Shown: positions 25,101-40,100, counted from the stretch's first letter. The stretch is DNA of 64,000 nt from Mobula hypostoma (GCF_963921235.1 NC_086109.1:26290001-26354000); one strand, 5' to 3'. The notes: generated by a model from the letters alone, not told the origin. Translations and numbers: made by a program.

Positions 25101-28100
25101 AGAACATAGAACAATACAGCACAGGAACAGGCCGTTCGGCCCACAGAGTTGTGCTGGACTAGCTAGAAAGCAAATAAAAAAAGCAAACACTAATCCCTCC
25201 TACCTACATCATGTCCATATCCTTCCATCCGTGTGCCTATCCAAATGTTTCTTAAAAGCCTCTAATGCATTTCCCTGTGCCACCATAGCGGGCAGCACAT
25301 TCTAGGCATCCACGACTCGGAGTGGAAATTGTACCCATCACTTCTCTCTTGAACCTACTCAATGCTGCCCGATTTTCACCTTTTCTGACAATTTTACTTG
25401 CCCTTCAAGTCCTGTACTTTCCCATTTCATTGTTTAAATGCTGATGAGTTGTGGTGATGAGTGGCCTGAAAATATTTTCCTTACATCTATTGCAGCATTT
25501 TACCAATCACCTTGGTGTTATTAAGTATTAGATCTAGATAAATAATGAGAAACATATTTTACTTTACTTTTGTTTTTCTGCATGACCAATGACAGCAGAA
25601 AAATATAAGCTGTTTTGTCATTACTTGGGGATGGAGTTAGATGGAGTATTTTGATTGTCAGTGATCCATTAAAATAAAAGAGAACAGTTCTTGTTCAAGT
25701 ATATCATTGTGAACAACACTTTAAGATGCACATTCATCAGCAGATCTATGTGTGGAACAAGCTTTAATAACCATAAAAACTGCAGTGGTTCGATACAGTG
25801 GCTCATCGCAACCATCTCAAAGGAAATTAAATCTGGGCATTAAATGCTGACCTTGCTAGCAACATCTACATCCTAAATAATGAATAAAACTAAAATCCTG
25901 AAAAAAAGGAATGATTTGCATTTGTTTAATGCATTATATTTCCTCAGGGTTAGAAGACACTGTAAGGCATGAGATATGGCAGTGATCTTCCACAGAGTCA
26001 TCGTGGCCCAGATAATCCGCATAAACTGATGGTTGATGTATAAATAGCCAGATAACAGCTTTACCCTTCCTTTAAACTGTTCTTGCAGTTCTTTTCCATT
26101 CACCTGAGAGACCGGGCAGATTGCACCCTGACATCTCCTTCAAATCTGCCCGTTCTGACAACGTAGCGTGGCTTAGAGACCACCTGTCTTAGTTTCTGAG
26201 CCAAATCTTGAACGTGATGTGAACCTATGTGTTCTGACATAAGCAGCAAAATTGGTTTTAACTGATGCCAAGGGAGCACAGTGTCGTGGCAAGTGATCGG
26301 CCACCTTGGGTGAAGTTGGGACAAATAGTTTCACTCATTAAGATGTGATTCTTTGGGAGTCCCTAACCAATGGGACAGTGGAAGTTCAATAGGTAGGTTT
26401 TATTTGTGGAACTAAGGAGTTAGAATAGAATAATGATGTTAAGTCTTGGATCAGGCTGAAATGCTTGGCCGGGTACTCCAATTTACTTTTTAAATGACGA
26501 TCTGAGCACTTGCTGAATTTTCATTCATTTCTGAATAAATGTTATCAAAATATATTAAGGATGAAGGCTCAAGAAAGATGTAACTTATCTATATAGTTTT
26601 CAAATAAACAAAGATATTAATACAAGCCAAATTTTTGTGTTTCCTGGAGGCAATTCCAAGTAGCAACATCTTCTGATGGATTTGAAAGATTCCTCCTAAC
26701 ACCATATAGTCAGATGTTGAGGCCAGTGATATTAATAGTCAAAGATTTGAGTTAGTATTTACCCTCAGGCCCTTAGGCTTCTGAACTCCCTGCCACATCA
26801 CATCAAAGTGTCGCTGCTTAATCTGTTCCTTACAATATTTAACTTATGCACTTTGATTTGTTTGTTGTTGTCGAGTGCCGTCAAGTCATCATTATCTCAT
26901 GGCAACCCTAGGGACAATGTAGTTGTCCACAGGGTTTTCATGGCGTTATGGAAGTAGGTTGCAGGCCTTTCTTCCACACTGCTGCCCGGCCAGATTTGAA
27001 CTCGGGACCATCCGCCTCGAAGTCCAGTGCTGATGCCACTACACCACCAGTTTACTTATGCCTAATACATCCAGAGATTTTATCCTTACTTTCATAAGTT
27101 ATTGTTTGTTATATGGGTGTTATGTGTACTACTGTGCTTTACATCCTGGTTCAGAGAAACATTGTCTCGTTTGACGATATATGTGCATATAGTTAAATAA
27201 CAGCTTACTTGACTTGACCTTGCATTGCTGATGAATTGGGGTGTGCACAAAGTTCGAAGTAAATTTATTACCAAAGTATGTACAGTATATGTCACCACAC
27301 ACTACTTGGAGATTAATTTTTTCAAGGTGAGGTAGCAAGAAGAGAAACGCCCAACCCTTAGAATAATTGGATGAGTTATTGAGATGTTTATGCATTTTCA
27401 TGCAATGACAGTCATGATTCATGCTTGTGCCCATCGGCGCCTATAACATATAGAGATCTGTGCACGCGCATGGGTAAGACACCTTTAGTGCAGCCTGTAA
27501 ATGCCGATGGTACGTTCATGGACACTCCATTCAATTTCAGGGTATGGATGTCAGAACACTTCCCTCACAATGCTTTTAACTTTTCCATCATTGCTGATAT
27601 CAAGTCTTAGAAACCACACAAGTCAATTGTTCTTCAGAAGTGGAAGGTAAACAGATGATTAGAGGTCATTGTATGGTGGATAACTCTTGGCAGGGTACAG
27701 CACTGAAATAAAGTCTAACAGATATTAGATAATGCACTTGCATTTGGTTTTTTTCAGTGTGTACAAAGTGTGCTGTTGGAACTGAACCAATGCTGGGCTT
27801 TGAATACAAGTGGTGGAATTCTTTGCCAAAAAATATGAACAGCTCCTGTTTCGGTGGGATTACTGAAGACTGTGGAGTAGTGAGTGGTAAGCGTAATTAA
27901 TATGGTATCTGAAATAATAAACTAGCATTTTCAGTCATTCAACAAATGGATGAAGGAATATAGCCAAAACCTAGTAGTACTTAATGGGGCTGATCCTACG
28001 CTGTGTGTTCAGAGTAAGAATCAGATTTATTATTACTACTGTATGATGTGAAGTTAGTTGTTTTGGGGCAGCAATACTATACTGTCTTGCATGTGATGCA

Positions 28101-31100
28101 CTAATTCATTGTTTTGATTGGACTTGCATATGTAGGTGTCAAAAGGTATGCAAAGCACATTTTCTGCAAATCTGACTGTGACAGTTCAGACCAATGTCTC
28201 TGCAGTTTAACAGGGAACAGCCTTATTGTCTGATACATTGATCCTCCTATACATCGCTGTCCTTTAAAGTTTCTTCCTAACCCTGGCTCCCACCATCAGC
28301 ACACGGTCCCACTACCAGACTTGGTGCATGACGCCTTATTGTGTTCATTATACGTGTTTCTGTCACCCTGCATTCCAGCTGTCTCTGGATGTAGACTTTT
28401 ATTTATTTTATTGAGATACAGCACGGAATAGGCCCTTTCAACCCTCTAACCTGTGGTGCCCAACAATCCTCCAATTTCATCTTAGACTAATCACAGGACA
28501 ATTTGCAATGACCTATTGTGGTATGTCTTTGGACTGTGAGAGGAAACCAGAGCACCCTGAGAAAACCCGTGCAGTCACAGGGAGAACACATGAACTCCTT
28601 ACAGGCGGCAGTGAGAATTGAACCTAAGCCCCTGGTACTGTGAAGTATTGTGCTAACCACTACACGACCATGCCATCGTTGATGTAGACTTCTTTGATTG
28701 CAAAGATAGGTGCAATGCGTACATATTACTTCCATGATGGATGTAACATGTACAACAGAGTATGTATTTATCCTCCAAAATACCTGAGCAGGACTTAAAT
28801 TCAAACAAGTGAAAGGTACTTGGCTCCATCCTTCTAATCCAGGGGCATCGTCTTGCATACTGACTGCATCTATTATTTTTCCATTCCCTCTCCCTCACAC
28901 TGCACCGTCTCTCTGCGGCAGAGAAGTGTCGAAGGACCGGGTCTCGACGTAATAGAGCCTAGAACAGAGAACAATGCGACGCAGGAACAGGGCCTTCAGC
29001 CAGTGACCTCTGCAGTGAACATTATGCCGAATTAAACTAAATCTCCTCTGCCTGTGCAAGATCAATATCCCTCCAGCCCTGCATATTTATGTGTCTATCA
29101 AACAGCTTGTAAAACACCACTATCTTATCTACTTCCATCACTTACCCTTTTCAGCCCGTACTGGGCACCTGCTACTCTCCGAGGAAAACAAAAGAATGAT
29201 GGAAGTTAATGAGTTATTGCTCTGCTCCACATGTTGAAATTAAAGAGATGTCAGTGATACTGTAATGATTATACGATTTGGGGGATTTAACTCAATTTAT
29301 GATGGAGGAGGGCACTGGTATGAAAGAAAATGTAGAAACTAGTATGTCAATTGTTCAAGCAACACACACACACACACACACACACACTATGCTGGATTAA
29401 CTCAGCAGGCCAGGCAGCATCTCTGGAAAAGAGTAAACATCCGCCGTTTCGAGCTGAGACCCTTCATCAGTCTTGATGAAGGGTCTCGGCCTGAAACGTC
29501 AGCTAAGCCCTTTTCCGTAGATGCTGCCTGGCCTGCTGAGTTTCTCTGGCGTTTTGTGTGTGTTGCTTGGATTTCCAGCATCTGCAAATTTTTTTCTTGT
29601 TTGTGGTGTCGATTGTTTGCTCTGAGAATTCACTGCAGTTTCGTTCTTTTAAAAAATTACCCTTTGTTTCAGGGTGGGAGGTCGCTGGCGACCATGTACG
29701 TAGTACAATTGAAGGAGCTGACAATAATTATCTGATACTGACAATGACAGTTCTTGGATTTAGGTAAGATAGATCTTTATATTAAATATATGGCATATGG
29801 ACTTCATGAAGCAGCAGCTCCAGTGTCCTATTTTTTGTTCCTAAAATCTGGTACTGTCTTTGTGGTGTTTGTACATTTTCTCTGTGATGCATGGTTTCCC
29901 AGAGTGCTCTGTGTGTTCCTTCTACATCCCAGAGACCTGCCAGTTAGTAGGCTAATATGTTACTGTAATTCACATCTAGTAAGAGAATCAACAGGTAAAT
30001 GATGGACAGGTTATACCAGGTAATGAATGTGATTCCAGCCACCATGGTCTTGATGGACCAGTTAGCTTCCTTTTATGTCATGAAACAATGAGGAATATTC
30101 CTTTAATATGAGCTAGTAACTAATATTATAAAGATGTGTCCAATTTAATTGTGCCCCCTTCTGATTTCTTCACCAAGATATGTGCATTCCTAATTAAATG
30201 CCATTTTCTAAATACATTACTGATGTTTCCAGCAGACACTAAGCCATGCTGCTTGGTTTATGTACCTGGTGTGTTTGACTTGTCCCAAAAATCCTCCCTT
30301 GGTGTCCATTCCATACTAGATTTCTTGTTTAGGTCTAATAAAAGAGCATTAGTGGCAAGTATAAAAGGTCAAGGATTCTTAGCCAAAGAACTAAGAAAAT
30401 GAAAAGATTAATTTATACTGTATACGGTTGCCAGAGAAATTGGATCAATAGACTTAAAAGCAATTTTCTCCATGTTTGCTGGTGTTGGTAATCATTTCCT
30501 GGTGAAATTGTATCTATTGAGAAATTGGACCACGAGTGTGCATTACTCAATATGGTGCATTTAGCTTTCACCTGGTGTCAGACACATGCTAGATTAAATC
30601 ACTAAGGTTGTGATTCAAGTTTTCTCCCTTGTTGGCAGAAACTGGAGTTTTTAGGTGCAACCTACAGCCTTTGTTAGACTATAAGGAGTACATCACTGTG
30701 TTATGTTGCATTTGTACCTTGGGGAAAATTAAGAGGGTTGCTTCAGAGCTCATAGCAGGCTGTTCAAGTTCATTCCACTGTTAACTTCAACTAATAGAAT
30801 GGGGGTAGGGAGAGATGCCTTTTACAGCATTTAGCTACTGAAGTACTTAGTGGGTGGCTGAGTGGTAACATTACTGGCAAAATTACTGGCCCGGGTCCTA
30901 ATGCAAGGTACAATACGCTGTTTGGACAATCTAAACGCCAGCCCAGATTGACTGGAAATGCAGGGTGTCGAGAGTCAGGTGAGGCTGGATCACTCTTAGC
31001 GCCGAGCCGATTTGGAGAGGTCAAGAATGGCTTCTCTGTCAGTGAAATCTACGTCCGAAGTGAATCACTGGGTTGTGCATTCTAGGCCCGGAGTGATTCG

Positions 31101-34100
31101 CTGCAGCGAGTCCTAGTGCGAGGTTTAAGACAATTTAAAGCCAGCCCAGGTAGTCTGGGTACTCCTCTCTACATGACACTTAAGTCTGTGAGACTGCCCC
31201 CAGGTGGTGTGCTTTGTGTCTGCAAACTTTGTGGCCACTTGACCCACTAATATACTGAGGCTTTGGGCCTACTCTGAGCTGTTCCAGGGATTTGGATCTA
31301 AGGGCTCAGTTTGGTTCTGAATGCTGTTGTTGTTGCTTGCTTCTACTGTTTGCATGATTTGCTTTGATTGTTTTTTCCTCTCTTTCTCTGTGGGCGCAGG
31401 GGGAGTTGGTCTTATTTTTTCTAATTGGGTTCTTTTGGGTTCCTTGCTTTGCAACTGCCTGCAAGCAAACAAATCTCAAGGCTGTGTAACTTATATATTC
31501 TTTGATAATAAATGCACTTTGAATCTTGAATCTTTGAAAAGGCTACTGTTGGGGCAATGACTGGCCAAATAGGGAAGAGGCATTTACCACTGAGGTTTCA
31601 GAGACACCACATCCCACTTGAATCTCTTTGATTAATAATGTATTTACAGGCTTTGGTTTCCAAGGCAATTATCACTGTGAACAGAGGAAAATACTCTAGG
31701 ATGCTCTCATGTCCCTGATGACCCTCAACAATTTTCACAGATGCACCACAGAAAGCATCCTATGTGGATGCAACACAGTTTGTTGTGGTAACTGCTTTGC
31801 CCAAGACCGCAAGAAGCTTCAAAGTTGTGTACACAGCCCAGTCCGTCAGAAAAACTGGCCTCCCACCCTCCCCCCAACATTGACTCAGGCTCTGCTTCAC
31901 CTTGAGAAAGCAGCCAACATAACCAAGGATCCCTCCCGCTCTGGTCAATCTCTCTTCTCCTCCCTCCCTTTGGCCTGTGACTATCCTCAGTGCAGATGGA
32001 ACATTCAAGATGACATTGGGAGCCTTGAATCCATATATTGGGAGTAGACAGGTGGCCAGGGTAAGTGGTGAAATGACCTCACTATCTCACAAGTTACCTG
32101 CTCTCCTCCCCACTTTAATGTCACCTCAGAATCCACTAAACCACCATAAAATTAGCTCTCCTCGATCCCGAATCCAAAAATGATATTCCTGGGCTTATAT
32201 CCGTCAGGGGCATTTTCTATATTACAACAGCATGGAAGTGTGGAGCCCTTATCATTGTGTGCTGCAGACTGAACAATCTAGCTGTCGGATTTCACAGCAG
32301 ATGCCAGAGAAAGATCATAATGCATACCTGGGTCTGAGGCAGGGTGAGAGCAAAGCGGCTGGTGGGCAAGCTGGGTGAAGAACAGTAGGATTTCTGCAGT
32401 TATGCAATAAAGGTGCAGTTCACTATACTAAATTGTATTTGATCCCAATCCCATCAGGAACCATGCAGGTCTTACCTTAGCACATGTTTCTGGTTGCAAA
32501 TCACTAAAGCACCACCACTATCACATTCTTGACTAAGAGTTTGGATATTGGCACTATTTGGAGCACATGTTAAAAGTGCACCAGAGTATCACATCGTCAG
32601 CATAGAAACTAATAAGTGTTTCAGTACCTCCCACTTTCAAACCCAGAATATTTGGGTGACTTATTTTTAAGGCAAGGGGCTCTACCGCGACAGCAGAAAG
32701 GGCCGGTGAGCGAGGGCACCCCTGCTGGACTGAACGGTGTTGGGGAAACAGAGTTGAATAGTCACCATTAGTTATAATAGAGCACATTGGGCTGGCATAT
32801 ATCAGTTTTACACTAGATACAAATGACTCGTCGAACACAAACCTGTACAGTGACTCAAACATGTAAGGTCACTCAATCTGGTCAAAAGCCTTTTGTGCAT
32901 TAAGGGATTAAGTTGCTGCCCCATTAGCTTTCCCATGATCAGCATATATATATAGCATTAAGGAGGCATCTGACATTGGAAAAAGAGAACCTACCTGGGA
33001 CAAATCCTGTCTGATCAGGATGAATGATAGATGACAAACGTTTATTTAGTCGGTTAGCCAGCATTTTAGGAATTACCTTTCTATTGAAATTCTGGAGTGC
33101 AATGGGCCTATAACTAGCCGGGTCCGTTCCCTCTTTACCTTTCTTTAAAATGAGGGAAATGTTAGCCTTGTACAATGTCCTAGGCAAGGCTTTATCTCTC
33201 TCAGAGCAAGATATCATTCTGAGGAGAAGTGGGGCAAAGATATCATAGAATTTCTTATAAAATTCACAGCCAAATCCATCCGGCCCAGCAGCCTTGCCGG
33301 ATGGAAATGACTTAATGGCAGAAGTTATTTCTTCCAATGTGAAATCAGATTCTAAGTCCCCCGCTAGCAGCGTCACTAAGTTTCGCCATTAGAAGAGAAT
33401 CAAAGAAGTCATTCAAATCAGATTGAGTGGCATTGCATTTAGAGGTGTAGAGTTCACTGTAAAATTCTTTAGAACAGTCATTTATCTCCTTGGGGTTAGA
33501 TAACAGGGTGTCCACCCTCCATCTAATGCAATGAATTGACCTTAAGGCCTGGGCGCCCCTGAGCTACCACACCAGGAGCCCCTCAGGCTTGTCCCCCATT
33601 TCGAAATGCTTTTGTCTTAATTTTAAAGGGGAGGTTATTTATTTGACTACCCAAGATACAATTGTACTCATATTTAACCTTCATTATTTTATTGCAATCT
33701 TCAGAGGATTTCGAAGCCTGGTATGTCGCTTCGAGGGTTGGGAGAGTATTTTCAATCTCTAATAATCGTCCTTCTCTCTCCCTCTTAACAGCGGATTCAT
33801 ATGAAATTATATACCCACGAATTACAACTTTTAATGTCTCCCAGAGTGTGGAACCTAATACCTCGCCATTATCATTAATTTCTATAAAATCTTTTAATCT
33901 GGTGGTGATATATTCTATAAATTTCTTATTGGCGAGTAGGGAGGGGTTAAAATGCCAGGAATAGATTCGTTTGGAAAGGGAGAGATTTAGGCTCATTGTC
34001 AAGGGGCTATGGTCAGAAATTAATCTATTATGATATTTTGTATTGGTAACACGAGATATTAAATAAGAATCAACCAAGAAATAATCTATTCTACTATAAG

Positions 34101-37100
34101 ATTTGTGAACATGTGAATAATAAGAATAATCCTTGTCAGTGGGATGTTGAACTCGTCAAATATCTACTAAATTCCTAGATCTAATCAAATTATTTCGGAC
34201 CTGCACTGACATGATATTTGAGGGCGGGCGGGAGGACAATCTATCTAAATATGGGTCCAGGTAGCAATTCAAGTCACCGCCAATTATTATATTTGAATTA
34301 CTGGCATCCGGAACTAAATCAAAAACTTTCCTAAAAAAAATTTGGCTCGTCTGTGTTTGGACCATAAATATTAAGGTTAGAGGAAATGAATTAATGGTGC
34401 CATCAATCATAATAAAGCTGCCGAGAGGATCTGTGGTCATGGAAATGAGTTGAAATGGAATATTTTTCCTAAAGAAGATAGCCACGCCACAGGCATGAGA
34501 AGTAAATGGTGACTGGTAAACCTGTGATATCCACCTAGACCTCAATCTGCATTGCTCAGTTACTTTGATATGGGTTTCCTGTAGAAAAATCACATTTGCA
34601 GATAGAGATTTGAGATGTCTAAAAACTTTATCCCTCTTAACAACATGACCAAGGGCCTTAACATTCCACGAGAACCTCTATCACATTCTTGACTAAGCAT
34701 TTGTTTGGATATTGGCACTATTTGGAGCACATGTTAAAAGTGCACCAGAAAACTCTGAAATTCAGTGTTGCTGAATTGTAGCTTTGTCACAACAAAAAAA
34801 GCAAATTGAGGCATCAATTTTACATAGGCTCTAGGTAAAGCAATCTAGTCAGTCCTATCCGGATAGATATGCAAATTATTCTCTCTCAATTGTCTATCTA
34901 ATTCAAATTCAAAACTTTAAATGATTTCGATATCTCCATGACATCAAGCAGTGAGTTTCAGGTTATGACTAAATTCAGCTCTTAAATAAAGTTCCTCCCT
35001 AGCTCCTCAGTGTGCTTCCCGGTCCATGACTCATCAGCTAATGGAAACAGCTTCCTTTTCTTCGAAATGAATATACTATCTCGCAGGCCACTTACCAAAT
35101 TTTTCTCAACATTCTTTGCTTGCTCAATGGAGAATAATTGAAGCTTCTGCAGTCTGATTTTATAGCTGAAATCTTTCTTCACTGGAACCATTCCAGTAAA
35201 TCGTTTCCCAAACCTCCCTGGAACCTTCATTGCTCATTTGTGGCCTAGGGTGATGCAATGCTGAGTTGTGTCCTAATCTTTGAACAGGATCAATGGGACT
35301 TTCCTGTTCTTATGTAATATTTCTTGCATCTACAATTTTATTTCATGTTTCCACCATCGACAATATTTTATTTTTTTACTTTGAAGTATCTATCTCCTTT
35401 ATAATTAAGACAATATTTATTTACATATTTTGAAACATGCCCCCTCTTACCTTCATTTCTGTATATTGTTTGTTGCCCAGGCCACCACAGTCCGTAATAG
35501 TGAATGATGACAACCCAGAAGTTGCTCGTATCACATTCATCTTTGAGATGGTGTGCTCAGCAGACTGTGAATTACGTTTCATGGTGGTAAGTTTTGCTGC
35601 ATTAATTTTTATGTTGACATGCTTCGAGCCTCACGTAACATTTGGCGAGGGATGAAAGTGCTCTGCTGCTACGCTGTTGAGTATCAGGTTTAACTACAGA
35701 ATGAAGCTCCCTCTACATCATGGGTAATAGTAAATGGTCCCTGCATGGATGGAGACAGCTTTGTTCTGCTGAAGCTTTTCTGCCATTTTTAACCTGATGC
35801 CGTGATCAATGCAGGTCAGGATTTGAACTAAGGAAAATTGACAGAAATGCTGGGTAGAAAGTCCCAGAATTTAGAAGTAAAGTGATAGTAGTGAAGGGCG
35901 GGTGAGAGCTTACCTCAGCATCCTATCTGGATGTACTATGGTTTGTATGGCAACTGCTCTGTCTGTGACAGCAGGAAACTGCACAGAGTTGTGGACACAG
36001 CTCAGCACGTCACGGAAACCAGCCTCCCCTCTGTGGACTCTGTCTATTCGCTGCCTCAGTATAGCAACCAGCAGAAGCGATGACCACACCTACCTGGACA
36101 CTTCTCTCTTTTCCGCTCTCCCATCGGGCAGAAGATACAAAAGCCTGAAAGCAGGTACAACCAGGCTCAAAAACAGCTTATGCCTTAAGACTACCAAATA
36201 ATTCCATAGTACAATAAGATAGATACTCAACCTCACAGTTTACTTCGTTACGTTCATGCACCTTTTTGTCCACTTCTGTAGCCATGATATTCATTCTGCT
36301 TTCTGTCATTGTTTTACCTTGTACTACCTCAATGTGTTGTGTCATGGATTTATCTGAATGAACAAGCTTTTCACTGTACCTCAGTACGTGACAATAATAA
36401 ACCAATTCCAGCTCCGAGTCAGGCTAGTGAGTGACATGGAGGGAGCCTGCAGGTGATGGTGTTCCTGTTCACCTATTGCACTTACTCGACTTTATGATCG
36501 AGATGGCGGGTTTGAGAAGAGCTGTCGGTAGCTTGGGTGAATATCTCCAGCTCATTTTGTGAATGGTGCACACTGCACTGCAGCCACTTCAAACCGGCGG
36601 CAGGATGAATGTTTAGGATGGTTGATGGGCAGCTTTCTCCCAGATGACGTGGGTCGTGTGGGAGTTGTGGGAGCCGCACTGATCAGGTAACTAAAACATA
36701 ATCTATTGCACTCCTTTCTTGTGCCCCTGTCAGGAAGTGAGTTACTCTCCACAGAATACCAAGCCTCTGACTTGCTGTTGTAGCAACTCTACGCTGCTCC
36801 AGCTGAATTTCTAGTTAATGGTGACCTCCAGGGGATGCTGACGATAGGAGAATATGCAATGGTAATGCCGTTGAATGTGGGGGATGATCGGACTCCTGGG
36901 GCTTAAACAACTAATATCCAACAACATAACCAGCTTAGGATTTTGACTGTTAATTTTCCAAAATTCCAGCTTATTAACTGAATATAAATTCCTAGCTCAA
37001 ATTCCTTAATGGGATCTGAAATTTGTGTCTAGAATTTTTGTCCAGGCATCTGGATCATTAGTCTGGTAACATACCTTCAACGTAGCCTCAATGTTTCAAT

Positions 37101-40100
37101 CTTTGACTCAACTCCGAGTAACAGAATTCCAAAGATTCATGACCTTCTAAAATAGAATTCCTCCTCTTTTCTCTTAAATGGTTGATCTCTCATTTTGAAA
37201 CTATTGCCCTGATTCTTAATTCCCTACGAAAAGAGTCATTATACACGGAATTAATGTCATATTATGCACAATCGTAATACTTATTCATCTCTTCATGAAG
37301 CCAGGATGGAATCTATCTGAGCAGATTTTCAAAAGAAATGAAGACATGCAAACATAAGCTTCCCAAATTTATTAATGCTTTTATTTTTAAATATATAAAG
37401 ACAAGTAGTTGAAAAACAAAGGAAAACCAAAAAAGGCAACTGACCGTGGTTATAAACACTTATTAATCCTAGGATCAAAAGGCTTTCTTGGTAAAATATA
37501 GTAGCATATTTGGACTTATTGTTGTAAACCTTAAAATAATGTTCAAATATTTCAGGGTCCCACAGTAGAAACTACAAGGACAGTGGAAATCTGGAATGGC
37601 TCAAAAGAAAAACAATCCTACACATATATTATTGAAAGAAGTATGCCACTTACTTTTGAGTGGACATTCCAACGCACTACTTCATTTAAAGAGGTATATT
37701 CTTATCCTTTTTATTCGTTCATAGGTTGTGCCATGATGGAATTTAAACTCGTATTGCGGGTGGTCTCCAGATAAAAGTCCAGCACTAGAGCCAATATTTT
37801 TGCTAGCATTGTATTTTGTTGGATTAGAATCTGGTACATGAACGTCTTTATATGTAAGCTGCAATAATCTTGAATAAGTAGCAGTTTGATGGCTTAGTTT
37901 TCATATCGTCAGTCAGATAAAGATTAGAGAGAACATACAATAACAAAATGTCACATGCTTCTTTCAGGCATTAGTGGTCTTACTGCACTATCCAATTTTT
38001 TCCACACCAGTTATTCAGTTTGGCGTAAGTCAATGAAATTTGTGGCAAATCTTGGAATGAATTTTCATTGCTAAGTTTGGTTTGGAAACCTGTGGAAATT
38101 TCAATGTATATTATAAATGGGGGGGGTCATTACACGTCATTTATATTTCTGTTAAATTTTCAGAATTCATATCATATTCTTTGTTGTCTTCCTTCAAGTA
38201 TAAGTAGTTAACGATTTTATCTCTTTACCAAAGTAGACTCAATTTTCAAAAAAGAAAATGGATGAATAAGTAGGTTTTTAAAATTCATTTTGGTGATCTT
38301 GCGGGCAAGCCACTTGTTGTACATCCCCAATTGTTCTTAAGAAGATGAAGACGAGTTGCCTTCTTGAATTGCCTCTGTGTTTCTCATAAAGATACTTCAA
38401 TAATGCTGTTGGATAAGAAGACCCAGATTACAGTCATTTTCTTTCATTTCATTACTATAGTCACGATTTTTGGTTGATTTCATACCCGAGCACTTCAAAG
38501 TACTTCAGGTGGAATTTTAGATGACTGAACCAAAATGCTTCTGTAATGGATTTGTGATGATTTCAATAGCTGTCCTCTTCTAAGGGCAGTACTATTCTAA
38601 ACACATTATGAATTATAGAAGTCAAAGATAGCTGGGAGAAAAGAATCAAAGGGAAAGTGGAGATTGAGGTTAAAATTGGATTCTTCAGTCACTTGCACAA
38701 ATGCATTCTTGTATATGAGATATGCAGTATTGGTGTTACAGCCCATTATAGGTTCTTTATTTCCTCCCGCCCCCCCCCCCCCCGCCTTAGTGTGAATGAG
38801 TTTTGCTTTATTTTCGGTAAATGTAATTCAAATTAATTACTTTTTTTTTGTTCTTGGCACTAATTGCTTCATGCGAGTAAAGCTGGATATGAGAGTCTTA
38901 AACAATTCAGTTTTTCTGGTTTGAGGATTGGTCACACAGATTGTCACTGCACATAATTCCATGGATCCATTTAATGGAGAAAAAAAATCAAGAAGTGTTA
39001 ATTATACGGGGTTGTTTTCTAGATATATAAACAGACAATAGATTGACTGTCTGTAACCAGACCAGAACCCACCCTCAGGCCTTAAGAAACAGAAAATAAG
39101 AGTTTTTACAACATCTGCTTAAGTCAGTAGAATTTTGTTAAAATTGCTTTTCTCTTTGTTTACACATTTTTGTTTCAAATTGATGTTTTTTTTTTGTTTT
39201 CCCTATGTTCTTTATGCTATAGGGAGAGCATGGTAGTGTAGTGGTTAGCACAATGCTTTACAGTACCAGCAACCTGGGTACACTTCCTGCTGCCACCTGT
39301 AAGGAGTTTGTACGTTCTCCCCGCAACCGAGTGGGTTTCCTCCGGGTGCTCCGGTTTCCTCCCACATTCCAAAGACATACTAGTTGGTGGGTTAATTGGT
39401 CATTGTAAATGGTGCCATGATTAGGCTAGGATTAAATTGGAGGATGACTGGGCAGCACGTCTCGAAGAGGTTGAAGGGCCTGTTCCACGCTGCCTCTCAA
39501 TAAATAAATAAATAACAGTGATTTAATTAGCTGTCATTTGAATGTTTCTAAAAAGATGAGAAAGAATTTGTTTGACTTTGGTCTTTCTAATTTATTTTGC
39601 TGTATGTTTGTATAAGTGCCTTTGTTATATATTTATTGTGGTCTTTAATGTTTCAGAGCAGAAAATATTCATCCGATGTGGCCAAAATCTACTCTATCAG
39701 CGTGACCAATGTAATTGGAGGTGTGGCATCATACTGCAGACCATGCGCCCTTGAGTCAGGCTCTTCAGAATCTTGCGTGATGTGCTCTCTAGGACAGTAC
39801 ATTGACAAAGAATATAACAAATGCCAGCCGTGCCCGCCAAACACATACCTCAAAGCCCATCATCACATTGGAAAGGAGTCTTGTGTCCCCTGTGGTCCTG
39901 GCACCCAGAGTAATTCGGTAAAAATTACTACTCCTCTTTTCAGATGAACTCAAAGGAGAGAGATCCTTGCTGATAAATGAAATAACATATAGCATGAAGT
40001 GTTTGCTGGTCAAGTATTATACAAAATGGCTGCAGAGCAAATTGTATTAGCTCTATCCTAGAATCTTAAATGAACATTCTTCATCATAAATTTGAGGAAA

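Noticed and set aside
27880..27885. Alternative donor gtgagt 7 nt upstream of the chosen donor
   Set aside because: Would shift the frame relative to exon 29673; the gtaagc donor gives the in-frame 129-nt exon.
39226..39300. tRNA-like A/B box sequences as tRNA genes
   Set aside because: They are SINE heads followed by the V-domain and tail; no complete cloverleaf.
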